Source: Yuukianura sp. NJ FZ-2021 (lineage: Eukaryota). From it: DNA of 64,000 nt. Position 1 is the first letter of the stretch; each line of letters opens with the position of its first letter. The notes beneath the pieces are model-generated. The model saw only the letters and a list, made by a program, of their open reading frames with translations, was not told the origin of the DNA and did not search any database. The translations under genes were made by a program, and so were the position numbers. This document shows, one piece after another, positions 51,801 to 64,000 of this stretch. Location: contig CM102284.1 of NCBI GenBank assembly GCA_046563655.1, positions 3,286,001-3,350,000 on the forward strand, given 5' to 3'.

Positions 51801-54745
51801 TATGAGTCCTGTATACGCCGGGGAGTCCCACTAAACTTAGACGAATTTTGAAATTTTGAACAAAAGTATTTCACCTTTTGACCTCTCTTTTAATTCTCGG
51901 CCTCATTTGTAACAAAACCTCGTTTGTTAAGAACTTTACCAAATGTTGAATTTGATCTAATTTGGAGCTTTGAAATAATACTAGCCTTGCCATTTCAGGG
52001 TATCCAGTAACTTTTGAAATTTGTTGCAAAATTTCCATTTTGCGCGTGTTGTGGTCTCCTGGTCTTTAGCTTTCGCAACTCCCTAATGAAAGGGGAACCA
52101 GAGACTTTTGTTGTTCGTAATGAAGTTAAGGACGGTCTGTTTTTAGAATTTGAGAAAGAAGGCGTCTTTCGTCATGTGCGAGAGTTGGAAAGTCACGTTG
52201 AATTTTGCCCCATCATCATCAGGAACCTAGCAGCACACGGAGGAGTCCAAAGTTCAACTTGTCATCAAGAAATCAAGTTTTAAAGTTTGACAGTTAGTCA
52301 AAAAGTCCCGCCACTCACCGCCCGCGCTCTTTCCATCCTGCAGTAGCTCCATTACAAAATCTTAGGAAATCACAATTATGAAGCCACCGCCTCCACTAAT
52401 CCCAGCCAAATTCAATTAGTTGCCCAGCTCTGTGCCCTGCTCAAAAGAAAAGAAACTTTCTCTGGCCTCCGAATGAAAGTAGGAGATTAAGCCTAACCTC
52501 TTTCCTCCAACTTTTAAATCTCCTTTCTTGTGGCAGAACTGTAACAGTTTAGAAGCAAACTTCAAATTTGAATTTCCTTCTCAACTTTCAAAGAATGCTT
52601 GATTGGAGAAAATGGTGGGAGAGAGTCCGCTGGAAGATTTTTTGGGTTGAATAGAGGGAAATTAGATTTGAATGAGAAGAAGGGCGGGATGATTAATTCC
52701 CTTCCCCACTTTCTCTCCGTTAGCTCCTGGTGTCAAATTCAATTTCCTTTTCTTTTTCTAAAAAAAAGAAGAAAGTCAGAACCTTAATTTTGCCCAGCTG
52801 CGTCGAATGTGCCCAACTCTAAATGGCAAAAATTTAAAATGCAAAGGTTGCCGGGATTAGTGAGGAAAGGGAATGCCAATAAGGAGAATGTTACACCACA
52901 GGAGTTCTTATCGCCTCCACTCCAGTCAGAACTAGAAAAAAGAGAGGGCTGCTTTGACTTTCACTGCTCAAAAACAAGGGCGGGAGAAAGTAATCAAATT
53001 TCAGTTTGACTTGACTTTCAAAGTCTCCACATTCAGTGAAAGTTACAGAGTTGGGCATCGGCGTTACAGAGATACCAAGACAAAAAAATCTGAGAAAAAA
53101 ACTCAAAGGACTTTTGAAATCGTTTGAGACTTTGAGAAAGCAAATAAGAAAACTAGAATGGAGAGAACAAGGGAAAATCAGAAGAGAAAACTCGATTAGC
53201 ATAAATCGGCCTGCTTTTTTCAAGTTTTACAAAAGTAGTGCTAGAGTAAGTGCAACCGCCTGCCGTGCTACTTACTTGGGACGGTTCAGATTATTTTTTC
53301 AAATGTTACTTTTTAGCCAATTTGACCATTTTTTAACCAATGTCGCGAGGTCAATCCGGTTGCTGTTTAGAAAATTTTTGCCACAGGTCACCTTCCAAAG
53401 TGAAAAGTTTGAGTTATTTGAACCTTGATCAGTTTTTGTTTCCACTTTGGTTTTACAAATTGAACTTTTTTTCTGGAAGAAGAATCTTGCTGTTATTTGG
53501 ACAGCAAAAGAGTTTTGTTAATTTCATGCTTTCCTGAGTTTCTTGAAGATTCATGGTCCAGCTAAACGGGTTGTTTTTCCTTTCTTTTTGGAAAGAAACT
53601 AAACATGTCTTTAGGTTTTATAAAACTATCCGAAAGCTCTCCTTCTCTCTCCGTCTTAACCCCAACATGAACAACTTTCTGGAGAAGCTTCTGTTTTATT
53701 TATCTCCCTCCTAAAAGGTAACAAAATGCTTTGCCACAAGGAAGCAAACGACTTTTCGAAAAACTTTTACTTTTACAACTTTTCCATCAAAGTTTTTTTC
53801 GAAAAACAAAATTTAGAACAAGGGTTTTCCCTTTTCTCTTCAAGTTGAACAACCAAACTCAACTTGTGGGTGAAATTAAAAACTGCTCATCCGAATCCTC
53901 TCAATCATTCACTACCTCTTTTCTGTTTAGTTGAAAATGGAAGGTGAGTTAGAAACAATAATCGTGAAATTAAGAACAATTAAGAGGATTTTAAGAAAAT
54001 GAAATTTGGAAAGTTTATGCAAAATTTGAAGTTATAGCCAGAGGGAAAGTTGGTTGTTGGCTCATAAATTCCTTAGCCATTTGCCCATGGCCAGGTCGAC
54101 GCTACGAAAATAAATCATTCGGATTTTCGGTTTTTCAAGTAACTTTCCTTTTCCATTTTCGGAAGTTAGTTGGGAGAAAGGCGCGGTTTGAATAAACGAA
54201 TAAGGAGGAGAAAATTCTTGTTGGAAAGTTAAATTGGAGGCAATTCCGAATAAGATCCCTTCAGCCGAAATTTTCTAAAGTTTCTTTGGGGACTTCTTTT
54301 TGGAAGGGGGCGGGGGACCCTTGCGGGCGGGGGAAAAGGTCGGTGGGACCCTGCGTTGAGAAGTGCATACTAATGACGACCCATGGATTTTCTCCTTCCA
54401 GTTTGTAAATAGTTTTTCCTCATCTTCTCCCTTTATTCAGCTCAACTTAGAAAGTAAAAGTGACTCTCTTCGGAATTTCTAATGAGCCACTTACGATTTC
54501 ACACAAATAAATCTTTTTATATACTTTCTTCCGTCAACTCCATATTTTGAGCCTAGGCGAAGGCGCAGAGGGAATTGTTAGCGTCTTTGGTCCTCAACTT
54601 TCTCTTGACATCGCATAATATTGACTTGGCTCAATTCTTGGAATCAAGAATTATTTCATAAAACTAGAAATATTTGAAATTTGTCAAATCTAAACCAATA
54701 TTGCCAAATCTTTTGTTGATTTTAGAACTGAGCAGATTTGGAGTC

Positions 54746-55701
54746 ATGGAGGCTTATCAAAAGTACGAGGGACATCCCGAAAATTACGTCATCAATTCCC
54801 CAGGGGGCAATTATGCCTACGGGGGTGGCGGCGTTGGTCCTGGGCTGAAGTCACGCCACAACTATGTCAAGTATGAATCTTACGACGGCGAGGTGAACGG
54901 GGGAGACTGGGGGGCCTACGATATGCATCCATCGACACACTCCCCTCGACCTGACCTCACTTTGACCAATCACAGTCACCATGGTCACGGCCAAAACCGA
55001 GGTCCTACTGCCTCGTACCACCACACCGCCCCCAACAACCATTATAGAACTATTGACCCTGACATGAGAACCCCACCTCCTCCCCAGTATGTTTCTCCCT
55101 CCCCAGCTCCTTTTCGGGCCCATTTTGGAAATAATTTAAACCTAAGTGGTGACCCTAGTGGAACGAACTATAGTACCTCCCAGGTCAAGTGCCCCGCAAG
55201 ACTCACCCCAGTGATTCGAGAACTACATGAAAAATTCAACGGGGCAGAGCCTGACAGCAGTCGAACGGACGGTAGTGGTGGGTTTGGCCTTGAAGTGGGG
55301 GAGCGAGTGGGGCATCCATATTTGGTCCCACCAGGAGGTCAGATGAATCCGTCCAGTGAAGTCATAGTTGAGCCACTACGGCCCACCAGAGACAATGACC
55401 GTGGGAACGACGGTTTCAACTTTTGGCTCCAAGGACGGATATCCTACTTGATTCTAATTCTGATTCTACTTCTCGTTGTCTTCCTATCCTTCTCAGCAGT
55501 TCTCATCTACTACAAATGTAAGCAGAATCAATTAGTTTTAAAAATTAATTAATCGGTTCAATTGAATTATTAAACTGGACTCTTTGAAATTGAAAATTAA
55601 GTTTATTGAAAATTAATTATTAATTTTCGTATTGATTCAGATCCTGAATACACTGCAGCAAGTGGTAGCAGCGGTTCCTTTGACCTCGTTTCTTCTTCAG
55701 G
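54746..55701 (+). CDS. 5' coding exons (54746-55517, 55641-55701) of a probable type II single-pass membrane protein; ectodomain exons not identified in the window
   Basis: A ~230-aa Gly/Pro/His/Tyr-rich N-terminus without a signal peptide is followed by the TM segment ISYLILILILLLVVFLSFSAVLIYY. A phase-1 splice leads to the short exon YPEYTAASGSSGSFDLVSSS and then a long intron. Confidence 0.7.
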
Positions 55702-56690
55702 TACAAACTTTCATTTCATTACCTTGATTTTTAATACTTGGAAGCTGTAGAAACTGGTTTTTTAGCGAAGTTTTGTAGAAAAGTCAATGATTTTGAAAAA
55801 TTCACCGTAACTTGCAACATTTGCTTTATAGTGGTACTAAAATTTTAGGCCAAACCATGCCAAACTTTGAAAATCCAAAATGAATGTAGGTTAGTAGAAA
55901 ACAAAAGGAACGCGGATGAGGAAACAGGGAAAGTTAAACAATAGAATTCGCGTATCAAACCACCTTTTGTTCTTTCGCTCAAAAAACTAGAATTTGACAT
56001 TTACATTTTTCAAGTTTCATGAGGCTAACCGGCTCACCCGTAATTCTATGGGGATTGTAACTTGGAGAAAGCAACGTTTTTTTTTGAAATGTTCAGTTTT
56101 GGATTCGGTTCATTTCCTTCTATAATTTTATATCAAATTCAAAACGACAAAAGCTGAAAGTGTTCAAAAACTTTGTCAATTCGTATAAATCAGGCAAAGT
56201 TCTAAGGAACACAATTTTCATTTCCACTTTCTCTCTGCATCTCAACCCTTTCATTGTTATTAAAAGTTTTTCAAAATTATGACAACGTTTTCAATTTCCG
56301 TTACTTTTGGCAGAAAGTGTTTGAAAACCGGAAAGGGGAAAGCATTCGAAGCTTTCTCCGGAGCTTTTTCCTCTCTCCATCCGCCGTCTTAACTTTCTCC
56401 TTTCTGAGTCCTACTGCGACAATCTTACTGTTATGAGTTTCTGAAGGATTTATTGCTAAAGCCAAAAGTTGATTTTTTTTTCTTATTCGGAACTTTTTTC
56501 CCTATTATTGAATTCGGCTCTTACACAAAAACGAAAATCTGCTCATTTCTCTTTTGTTTCATATTTGAAACTTCACTTTTCTCCCGGAACTTTGGAAATA
56601 TTACAATCCAAGTCGTCAAAACCAAAAAGCAGCTGGAGACCGAAGCGTCCTCTTTATGAGTTTTAGGTTTAGGCACCATTACATTGCGTT

Positions 56691-58269
56691 GGTTCCATGC
56701 CATTGTTTCAAATGAAATGTTTCAAATCGAATTGTTTCAAATGAATTGTTTCAAATCGAATTGTTTCAAAAGGTAAATTGTTTCAAAAGGTAAATTGTTT
56801 CAAACAGAATTGTTTCTAAAAAAATTGTTTCAAATGGCCAATTGTTTCAAACGGTAAATTGTTTCAAACAGAATTGCTTCTAAAAAAAAATGTTTCAAAT
56901 GACCAATTGCTTCTAAAGGTAAATTGTTTCAAAAAAAAATTGCTTCTAAAAAAAAAAGTTGTTTCTAATGCCAATTGGTTCTAAAGGGAAGGTGGTTTAA
57001 AAAATATTTATTTAACAAAAAAAACTTTTAGATGAATCTTCTGCAGCCAAGCGAAGTCAAGTATTAAGGTAGAATAAGAGAGCATTCGTCTAACATATGC
57101 TTGATGGCGAGGTTGGTTTAGGCCCCCTCTCATTTAAGCCGTGCTGATGCAGACAAGCGTTCGAGGCTATGTGTCTCGGGAAAAATTTTTGTCTCACAAT
57201 TTAGAAAAACAAAACTACATTTCTAAAAAAACATGTTTGAAATTCAAAATTTTTAAAAATTAAACGGGTTTAGAATAATATCGGATATAATTTTTTTAAA
57301 AATGCTTTCAAACCTTAAAAAATCGAAGCGGTTCATGAGATATTGAAAAATAAAGAAAAATTGTTTTTTTTTTTTTAGTATGGGGGGGGGGGGGGGGGGG
57401 CGAGGTGCAATAGGAAAAAAATTGAGAAGGAAGAAGAGAGGGTGTGAGATCCTAACAATAACAACACTCAAAAAACAAAGTGGTGGACTACTGAAACATG
57501 GTTCGATGTTTACTCGGCACAGTAAACACGGTACCGAAACGGTACTGAGAATAAAAAATTTTTTTTTGTCTTTTTTTGTACATGCTAATTTACCATGAAT
57601 GTGCATGTTATTACAATTACAACATTGGGTTTTATGTTTAAAATATTTTCTTTGTTAATTTTGATTCGTTGACTGATAGTTTTAGTTTTGAATTAGTTTG
57701 GTATGTTATTACTTGCTTAAGTTTATAGGTTAGTACTTATTGCGTAATTAGGTAATTTGAAATTAGTTTTAGGAATTGAATTTGAATTTAAGTTGAATTG
57801 GATTTGTTCGTTTCGCGCTTGCGTACTTCTGATAGCCATTGTTGCTCATGTCTTTGTTGTCACATTTTTTGGATAATGGTATTTGATTTTGTTAAAATAA
57901 ACATTTTTGGAACAAACGCCAAGTTGTAAACTAGTTCGTTAATTTGGAATTATTCTAAAAAACAATTTCCCTTTAGAAGCAATTTGGGTTTAGTAGAAAC
58001 AACTTTTGTTTTTAGAAGCAATTTTTTTTGAAACAATTTACCTTTAGAAGCAATTGGTCATTTGAAACAATTTTTTTTAGAAGCAATTCTGTTTGAAACA
58101 ATTTACCGTTTGAAACAATTGGCCATTTGAAACAATTTTTTTAGAAACAATTCTGTTTGAAACAATTTACCTTTTGAAACAATTTACCTTTTGAAACAAT
58201 TCGATTTGAAACAATTCATTTGAAACAATTCGATTTGAAACATTTCATTTGAAACAATGGCGTGCTCCC
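56691..58269. mobile_element. 1579-bp non-autonomous foldback/Mutator-like element with ~290-bp modular TIRs and a perfect 9-bp TSD (CATTGCGTT)
   Basis: CATTGCGTT occurs at 56682-56690 and 58270-58278. The termini are GGTTCCATGCCATTG and CAATGGCGTGCTCCC. The near-identical inverted arms are built of AATTGTTTC(A/T)AA sub-repeats. No transposase ORF is visible inside. Confidence 0.92.
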
Positions 58270-61200
58270 CATTGCGTTATGGTAGAAGTGCATATCATCA
58301 GATCACGCACCAATCAGAATCGCCGTTTAGTCATTAAAATTTTGGTTGATGATTTAAATTTACTGGACGTAGATGGTCTAATATGGTCCGTGAACCAAAG
58401 GGATCTAGGGAGACCGAGAATGATTAATTATGAAGTTGTAAAACAAGAGGAAAAAGCCTTTGTCTGACAGAACAATCCGAAATGGAACCCCCAACCACTT
58501 CATTAATCTTAATGCAAAAACGAAAGCCTGGACAAGGGCGTTTTCTAGTTCCTGGAAGCCAGCTTTTAGAAACTGACTTTTTCCAGAAATGGCAATCTCA
58601 AAATCCTTCTGTCCCGGAGAAATGTCATTGAAGAAAACATTTTTCAAGTGATCCCACCAAAGACAAACGGATCTACGAAATTTAGACGCGGAGAAAGTTG
58701 GCTTTAAATTCCAAGTCCGTTTCCCTCTGGCGTCCAGGATAAGGACGGAATTGGCTACATCGTCCTCTGCGGTCTTTAGGTTTATGATTGGGCCCTCAGG
58801 TAGAAGGAGTCTTGCTCGTTAACATTGTTAAATAATCCTAACATAAACCTAACCTAACCACACACTCACACACAACTAACCCAAAAGTCTAGCTGTGCGG
58901 TTGCATCGAAATGAGATTCTATCATCCTTCGTCTATTAAAGTCTTCAATATTACATAAACTTTGGTGAATGTTATCAAAGGAGGATCAGAAGAGAAAGTT
59001 TGGAGCTTTCCCTCCAGTCCTCCTTTTGCTTTTTCTGTATATCAAATTCAAGTCCCCAATCGAATAAGAGGCGGAAATTGGGAAAACTGTCTTTATCTTT
59101 CAAGTTTCCTAGAACCACTAGAACTGCGGTGGAGTACTTGGAAGGAGAACGACTAACATGATACAAGGAACACTAGAACTTTCTAGTGCACGACATGCCT
59201 CCAAGCGTTTTGGCAAAGTGATGCGACAGGAGATTAGACTTCTACCACCAAAAACTCAGGAGCTACGACCCCCAAACTTTCTTCGTCTAAATCCACAACT
59301 TGTGGAGCCACTTTTCAGAACAAACTTCGAGTTAAGCTTTTTTTTTTAACGAAATTTTTACTTTTTTCAAAAACAGTAGTTATTGTTCAAACGTTGGCTT
59401 TGGAAATTCAGTATGGATTGGCTGGAATACATTAACTTTTACTAGGAATTGGTAAAATTTTTACTAAAAATGAAACAGTTAATCTAAAACGTATAATAAC
59501 CATTAGCTGCGCAAATGAAATCTTTCTACTTTCTGACTATTTGGTGTGGAGTAGGTTTTACTTTTAATGTCTGCTGTTCAAGTTCTTGGAGACGTCCTTG
59601 TAGCCTGGAGTTTTCGTTAGTTGAAAGCGGAAGTTGAGAATGGTCGGTTGAACATAGAATGTAGATCTGTATCAGCCTAGTTACTACAAGGACTTCAAGT
59701 GACTTCTCCAGAATGGCATGAGTCCATTCCAGGGAAATTAAACATAATGGAATGGAAAGAGACTCCCACTCAAAATACACACCGAATAGTCCGAATCCAC
59801 CACCGTTGCCACTGGTGGCTACACTCAACCAATTCCTTGAATTTTTAAACTGACTAGGAAATTAAATTGGAAATTAAAGCGAACTTCCTAGAATGTTGCT
59901 TTTCCTCAATTACTTATGCAGGTCAAAGGTCACATTGAGCAAGGTCAGTTCCATCGTTAACAAATTCCTTGGCTTAAAATGTCGAATGACAAAGACTTTG
60001 AGTAGTATCACAAAAAATTAAGCTTTTTTACAAGTTTGAACATTCAATTGCATTTTGAAAACCAAAAATCAATAAAACAAAAATAGCTATTTATCATGAT
60101 AATGAATACCACAAAAGAAAGCAAAAAAAAAGGCCGCTGTTTATACTTTTTCTTTTTGAGAATGCGATGTTTAATGGAAATGAAGTTTGATATTGAATTA
60201 ATTCGTGCCTCAATGTCTGAGTTAAGAAAGGCAAAACGAGAAAGGAGAAAGCGATGATGTTGCTCTTCTTTTTGAGAAAGTTTGAAAATGTGAGTTAATT
60301 TCAGGCAGAGTGAAGTTTTGTTCATGCCAAAGTCCTATGCTCTGCCTCTGTTTTCCTTTGTTGGTGAAAGTGAAAGTTCCTTGACGCGTGTCTCATTAAG
60401 TTGATTGGTGCTTTTCTGAAATTTGAAACTTAAGGAACTGAGGCCCCCTTTTCCCGCTGATCGACGTTGAGATAAGACGAAACAAGAAAGTTTAAATAGA
60501 CTCCCGCTTCTTCTGCACTTATCTTCTCTTCACTCTCACTCACTTTCTCCAGGTAGCAACACATCCCTTCCCACACTAATGATCCCACTTTCACTTGTCT
60601 CACAAGCACACTCGCTGGACCAGATTAAAAGTCTTCCAAATCCCGCCAACTTCAAAACCAGCTTCGTAGATAAAGGTTTTCACAGTTAAGACAAATTTAC
60701 CCACCCTCCTTTAGCTTCCGGGCGTTTTCTCAAAGTTGGACGTTAAACCATCAAATATACTTTCAACCAACTGCCATTTCAAGAAGCTTCGACTTTCAAA
60801 TTTTTTTGAAGCTCCGAAAATTAATAATTTTTAAGCATAATATTTTTGCTTGAGGCAAGTTCGGTTCGAAGGGTGATCATGATTCTAATGCATTAGATTC
60901 AGTTTTTGACCATAATTTTTATGTCGTAGAATGATGATTAAATTAAATGCAACATTGTTACACCTAGATTTTCTTGTGGTCTGATTGGGTTAACGTAACA
61001 TGTTAAGTCAGTACACTGATAGAGTACATATGAGTTCAATTGTTGAGACTTTTTGTAAACTGGACTTGGTTTGTATAGGATTTGAGGTGCGGAGATTGCT
61101 TTCTTTTGAAGTGGAAATGCAATTTATAAAAGAAAAACGAAGGGCTAAGTGAAAGTTCGGGCCTTTTTGTAGAAAAGAAGAAATCGGAAATGTGATTAAT

Positions 61201-64000
61201 TCATGAATTTTTTAAGCGACCTAATTTTCCATTCTAAAAAGAATAAAGGGACACAAGGACCGTGCCTCCAGGAGGAGTACGGACAAGGCGCTTCTGATTC
61301 TGATTTATTGACTCAACTTTCTCTTTGAACTTGTTCAACTAAAGTTCCCATTTTTTCTACCAAATTTTCAAAATTCAAAAAAAGAGTAGTACAAAGAATA
61401 AAGAAAGCAGCAAAAATGAAAACATGCAGCCTTTTTGTAAGCCAATTTTTGTTCCAAAGGGATGATTTATAAGGATAATGTTCTTAAAAAAGGACTTTGT
61501 TCACAACATTTTGTTTTGAGCAAGGAAAAGCGCTTTTTGGCATCACTTTCTTTCTCAAGAGCACGAATTTGGAACTTTTCAAAGTTTAGTGCAGAGTGCA
61601 GACCCATTATTGTAATTGTATAATTATCTTGCCTCGTTTTGTGTAACTACGTTCAAAAGTGTTTTGGAGTGATAAAGTTTTTGCCAGGAGCTACGAAGGA
61701 AAACTATGTGACATATTTTCGGATCCAAGTTCTTAACTGTATTTCCCGTTTGATTCGTCTTTCGCTTTGTTTTTAAGTCCTTCTTGTCTCTCCGTCTGTT
61801 CTTTAATAAGACGAGATTTCTCAGGGGAAAGTTGTTTGTTTCGGAGGGAGTAACTATGGCCGGAGAAGAAAGTTGCGAAGCCACTGTCTTTCTCAGCCCA
61901 AAGCAGCAGCTTCTTGCCCTCTGCTCCAAATTGGTTTTTCTTTGTTCCATTTTTATCTCATTCTCAGAAATAATAGGAATTACAAACATTACTGTGTCTG
62001 GGGAGGCAGGATCCCAAACCGCAGATGAATTTCTCCAAAAGATCAACACTTTTCACTTTCACTTCCAACCACAAAAATCCTCCCTCACAATTTATTAGCA
62101 CAGTCTCGACTCCAGCATCAAAAGCAACACTTTTCTCCTCCCACAGTTCAAACACAACAAAAGTCGTCTATCATGTTGACTTTTTTCAAAGAAATGGATA
62201 AATTTTTCAAACTAAAATCATCAGCGTCTGTCAGAAAACATTTATTTCTTTTTTGTCCGAAAGACGGCTTCAGTTTCTATTTTTTACTTAATGACATTAG
62301 CGTAAATTTTGATATACTACATCAGTTTAATGTCAGTCGTATAATTATGGCAGTAACGCATTCTAACCAAAGTTAACGTTGTAAACATAACTGACTTGAC
62401 GGATGAAATTGTGCGACTGTTTAAAATTCAAACTGATTCTTTGCAGTTTGTATAAATGTCACTTATAACTGATTCCAGCGTTGCGAAATTAACCAATGCA
62501 AAATTCTGTTTATTACTAAGAATTTGCGTAGGTTGCGATTTTCAGCACTCGGCACGACTGTAGGTTTTTTAGGTTAGTTTCTATGTGGTGGTCTACATTT
62601 GGCCCATTTGCATAGATTTGGAAAGTAAGACTTTGAAGTGTTTGTGCTAATTCGCGGTTTTGGTATAATTTTAAGCACTTTTGAAAGTATTCCTCTTTGT
62701 ACTTAACTCTCATCAGGATCCAACTTTTGGTTGAACTTTAAGTTGTTTGGAAAGTAGAGAAAGTCAGAGCGGACTGGCAGAGGGAATTGGGAAGAAGTGG
62801 CGAGAGGAAGCAATTTCTGAGTGTCTGGATAATTAGTGGGAGGCGGATGAAAGGGAAAGTTCTGGTTTAAAGCCTAAGTGCTTCCTCTTATGAGAGATAC
62901 TTTCACCCACTTTCTTCCACCCACAATCTAATTCCCCAGTATTACCCAGGGATCCAATTACATAACACATAGAGGTCATGCCACAAAGCTCCACCATTCC
63001 TCTCCTGACATCCTAGCACAATTTCAAAACACAGTTCTACTGGGAATAATTAAGGAAATGGAGGTGACACATTAAGACGCTCTTATTAGTTACTCCCTCC
63101 AGCTAACTGTTATGTTGTAAAGGCACTTAAGACTCCAAACAAACAAATGCACTAGAAACACTAAAGTGTTCAATAAATTTTCAAAAGTTTTGCAGAAAAC
63201 AAAATCAGTTTCAAAATGTCGGAATTCCTTAACTTTCCTTTTACGTTATACTGTAACTTATTGAATTTACTTAATTTTCAAAAGGTTATTTACAATCATA
63301 GTTGATGGTAAATGAAGTGGAGTAGGAACGCGTTTTTGTTGTACGTTTCCACTTGTTCTGTCACTTCAAATTTTAGAAAGCAGTTTCCAAAAAAGTAAAG
63401 TTGATGAGAAGAGAATTTGGGTGTGGAATGTTGCCCGCTTCCTTTTCTTTCGTGTGCAACTCTGTTTTACTTTTAATGTGAAAGTTTTAAGGGAGAAAAC
63501 TCAAAGGAATTTCAGAATAGGAATTTTTCTCGTTACGCTTTTCTTTTCTCTTTTTGGAATTTTTTAAAATAAAGATGCTTTTGAAGCCTTTGAGCTTCCT
63601 GTGCTCGTGTAGAAAGTTTCAGGAAGGTATGAATGTTGTCGCCATATTGAGAGGGGGCGGAGGTGGGTGTATTTTGGTGACTACAGGCGTAACATGTGTT
63701 TATTTGGTTGCCCAGGTGAAGAAGTGTGTTGTGTGTCTCCTTTCCGTTCGGTGGGATCTTTGCATAGGTAATAATAGGGATTGCTTAATGTAACGTAATG
63801 GAATCCCATCTCTCTCCCTTCGTCGAGCTTGGCGTGGCCCTTAAGCCCCCAGGATTTCTGATACATTTCATGCCCACCTCTGTTCCTCTCGCTTCTGTCT
63901 CCCTTTTGCTTTTCCCGGGAAAAAGTACATTTGAAAAGGAAGTGAAAGTCCCCGAAGGAAATGCTAAGCAGATCACATACACTTTCACTTCCATTTTTAT

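Noticed and set aside
38200-54000. Numerous 60-130 aa Phe/Lys-rich ORFs
   Set aside because: Their composition reflects poly-A/T non-coding DNA. They have no domains or splice support, apart from the cadherin first exon and the 45.3-45.9 kb gene.
58405-58818. Stop-free minus-strand frame of ~138 codons beside the foldback element
   Set aside because: It has no recognisable domain or transposase motif, no ATG at its start and no convincing splice partners. It is probably chance or decayed sequence.
44418-58860. Scattered (TTAGG/CCTAA)-like fragments near 44420-44450, 49190-49225 and 58836-58860
   Set aside because: Each has only 2-4 degenerate units, too short to call interstitial telomeric arrays.
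59526-59828. 100-aa minus-strand ORF
   Set aside because: It has a non-ATG start, no motif and no phase-consistent exon chain.

Overview
Eukaryotic, intron-containing, AT-rich arthropod DNA. A type-IV classical cadherin, a CRF-like diuretic hormone gene and very short introns point to a hexapod, possibly a springtail (inference only). Bases 1-29 kb are gene-dense: MAGT1/TUSC3 (3' part), SRD5A3, UQCRQ, a DH44 precursor, an orphan 7-exon zinc-finger gene, CDK2, a Ser-rich orphan, an OSBP-related protein, RPS14, LMF2 and a divergent beta-tubulin. These are followed by a DE-cadherin (shotgun-like) gene spanning about 13.6 kb, a small 2-TM orphan and the 5' exons of a type II membrane protein. Exon models were assembled by eye from GT-AG junctions and reading-frame phase. 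The most unusual region is ~7.5-12.2 kb. There an apparently intact 540-aa orphan Zn-finger gene and a concentric set of inverted repeats around a 19-bp TGCGCA tandem array lie between a pair of degenerate inverted repeats. A foldback/MULE-like non-autonomous family with shared termini but different internal sub-repeats occurs three times, one copy with a perfect 9-bp TSD. I found no rRNA, tRNA or CRISPR.
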